Positions 63,271 to 64,000 of a stretch of 64,000 bases of DNA are shown here, piece after piece (position 1 is the first letter of the stretch; every line of letters begins with the position of its first letter). Source of the DNA: Verrucomicrobiota bacterium (lineage in GTDB: Bacteria; Verrucomicrobiota; Verrucomicrobiia; Limisphaerales; UBA11358); the NCBI GenBank assembly GCA_050010435.1, contig JBEKKZ010000012.1:7690-71689 (forward strand). The letters run 5' to 3'. The notes under the pieces are model-generated. The model was not told where the DNA came from and made no database searches. It was given only the letters and a program-made list of their open reading frames with translations. Position numbers and translations under genes: made by a program.

Positions 63271-64000
63271 ATGGCCATGAAATTCACCCGACGCAATTTC
63301 CTCCGTACCACCGCCATCGCCGGCGTCGGCGCCGCGGCCGCTCCGCTGCTCGCCCAACCCACCAATTCGCCGTCCGGTTCCCGGCCCGTTACCGACGAGG
63401 TCCTGGAACGCGTCGCCGCCGAGCCGGTCCTTCAGCTCAAAGGACTCAAAGACCCGGTCATCATCGAGTCCGTTAAACTGCTCCGCAAGGGCAAGGACCA
63501 TTTTGTGCGGGTCCGCTCCAAGGATGGCGCGGAGGGCGTCTCGGTGGATGACGGCCGGATGGAAGTGTTTCATCCGATCCTCAATCAGTTGGTGGTTCCC
63601 TACTTCATCGGCAAGGATGCGCGGGACATGGAAGGCAACCTGTTTGGCGTGTACCGCTACCAAAGCAATTACAAAATGCAGGGCCTGCCTTTCTGGTCTC
63701 CGGTGGCGCTGGTGGAATTTGCCATCCTTGACCTGCTGGGCCGGATGAGCAACCAATCCCTCGGCGAAATGCTCGGCGGCATCGTCCGCACCAACGTTCC
63801 GTTTTACGTCGCCAGCGGGCGGCGCGACACCACGCCGGAACAGGAAATAGACTATCTGAAGAGCCTGATCGAAAAGACCGGCGCCAAGGCCATCAAATAC
63901 CGCGTGGGCGGACGCATGAATCGCAACCAGGACGCCCTGCCGGGCCGCACCGACAAGCTCATCCCGCTTTCCCGGAAAGTGTTTGGCGACAAAATGGTCA
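63271..64000 (+). CDS. Tat-signal-bearing enolase-superfamily (MR/MLE N-terminal domain) protein, partial; continues beyond the window
   Basis: My own translation gives MAMKFTRRNFLRTTAIAGVGAAAAPLLAQ, a twin-arginine motif. It continues ...SPVALVEFAILDLLGRMSNQSLGEMLGG, an MR_MLE_N-like region. The ORF is open to 64000 and absent from the track. Confidence 0.75.
   Translation, partial: MAMKFTRRNFLRTTAIAGVGAAAAPLLAQPTNSPSGSRPVTDEVLERVAAEPVLQLKGLKDPVIIESVKLLRKGKDHFVRVRSKDGAEGVSVDDGRMEVFHPILNQLVVPYFIGKDARDMEGNLFGVYRYQSNYKMQGLPFWSPVALVEFAILDLLGRMSNQSLGEMLGGIVRTNVPFYVASGRRDTTPEQEIDYLKSLIEKTGAKAIKYRVGGRMNRNQDALPGRTDKLIPLSRKVFGDKMV

Overview
High-GC (about 60-68% in hand-counted coding samples) bacterial chromosomal segment. 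Gene content, giant secreted repeat proteins and very dense palindromic intergenic repeats suggest a PVC-superphylum, Verrucomicrobiota-like genome; this is inference, no search was run. I call about 55 protein genes. I saw no rRNA, tRNA, CRISPR array, transposase or integrase. Left to right: (1) partial metF translationally coupled to an MvhD-like gene; (2) an HK/OmpR two-component pair; (3) SIMPL, VWA, receiver-like, csp, hemW and MFS genes; (4) dnaB; (5) bamA, a 1598-aa SBBP/Ig-array protein, then skp; (6) an aldo/keto reductase; (7) prs, rplY(ctc), pth, rpsF, ssb, rplI with no rpsR; (8) two paralogous OPA-type MFS transporters; (9) ilvB preceded by a candidate Ile/Val/Leu-rich leader-peptide attenuator; (10) a ~51% GC islet carrying a tight three-gene operon of Zn-ribbon protein, unknown 199-aa protein and secreted Sel1 + trypsin-like protease; (11) a ~305-325 bp tandem composite repeat; (12) a kduI-kduD-GH105/DUF4861 and eda uronate cluster; (13) a VOC protein; (14) divergent mntR/mntH with a palindromic operator; (15) usp and DUF971; (16) a minus-strand block of LysR, pilM-N-O-P-Q and a 1519-aa NHL/Fn3/cohesin-dockerin-like exoprotein; (17) a membrane-protein/B12-radical-SAM cluster; (18) a DUF2157, duplicated-domain secreted protein and GDYXXLXY operon; (19) an enolase-superfamily/dctA/Tat-enolase acid-utilisation cluster. 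The most interesting candidates are the secretin-linked giant exoprotein operon, the LysR-adjacent membrane/rSAM/DUF2157/GDYXXLXY loci that share a 16-nt upstream motif, the low-GC three-gene module, and the ilvB leader attenuator. All family assignments come from motif recognition by eye and need HMM or structure confirmation.
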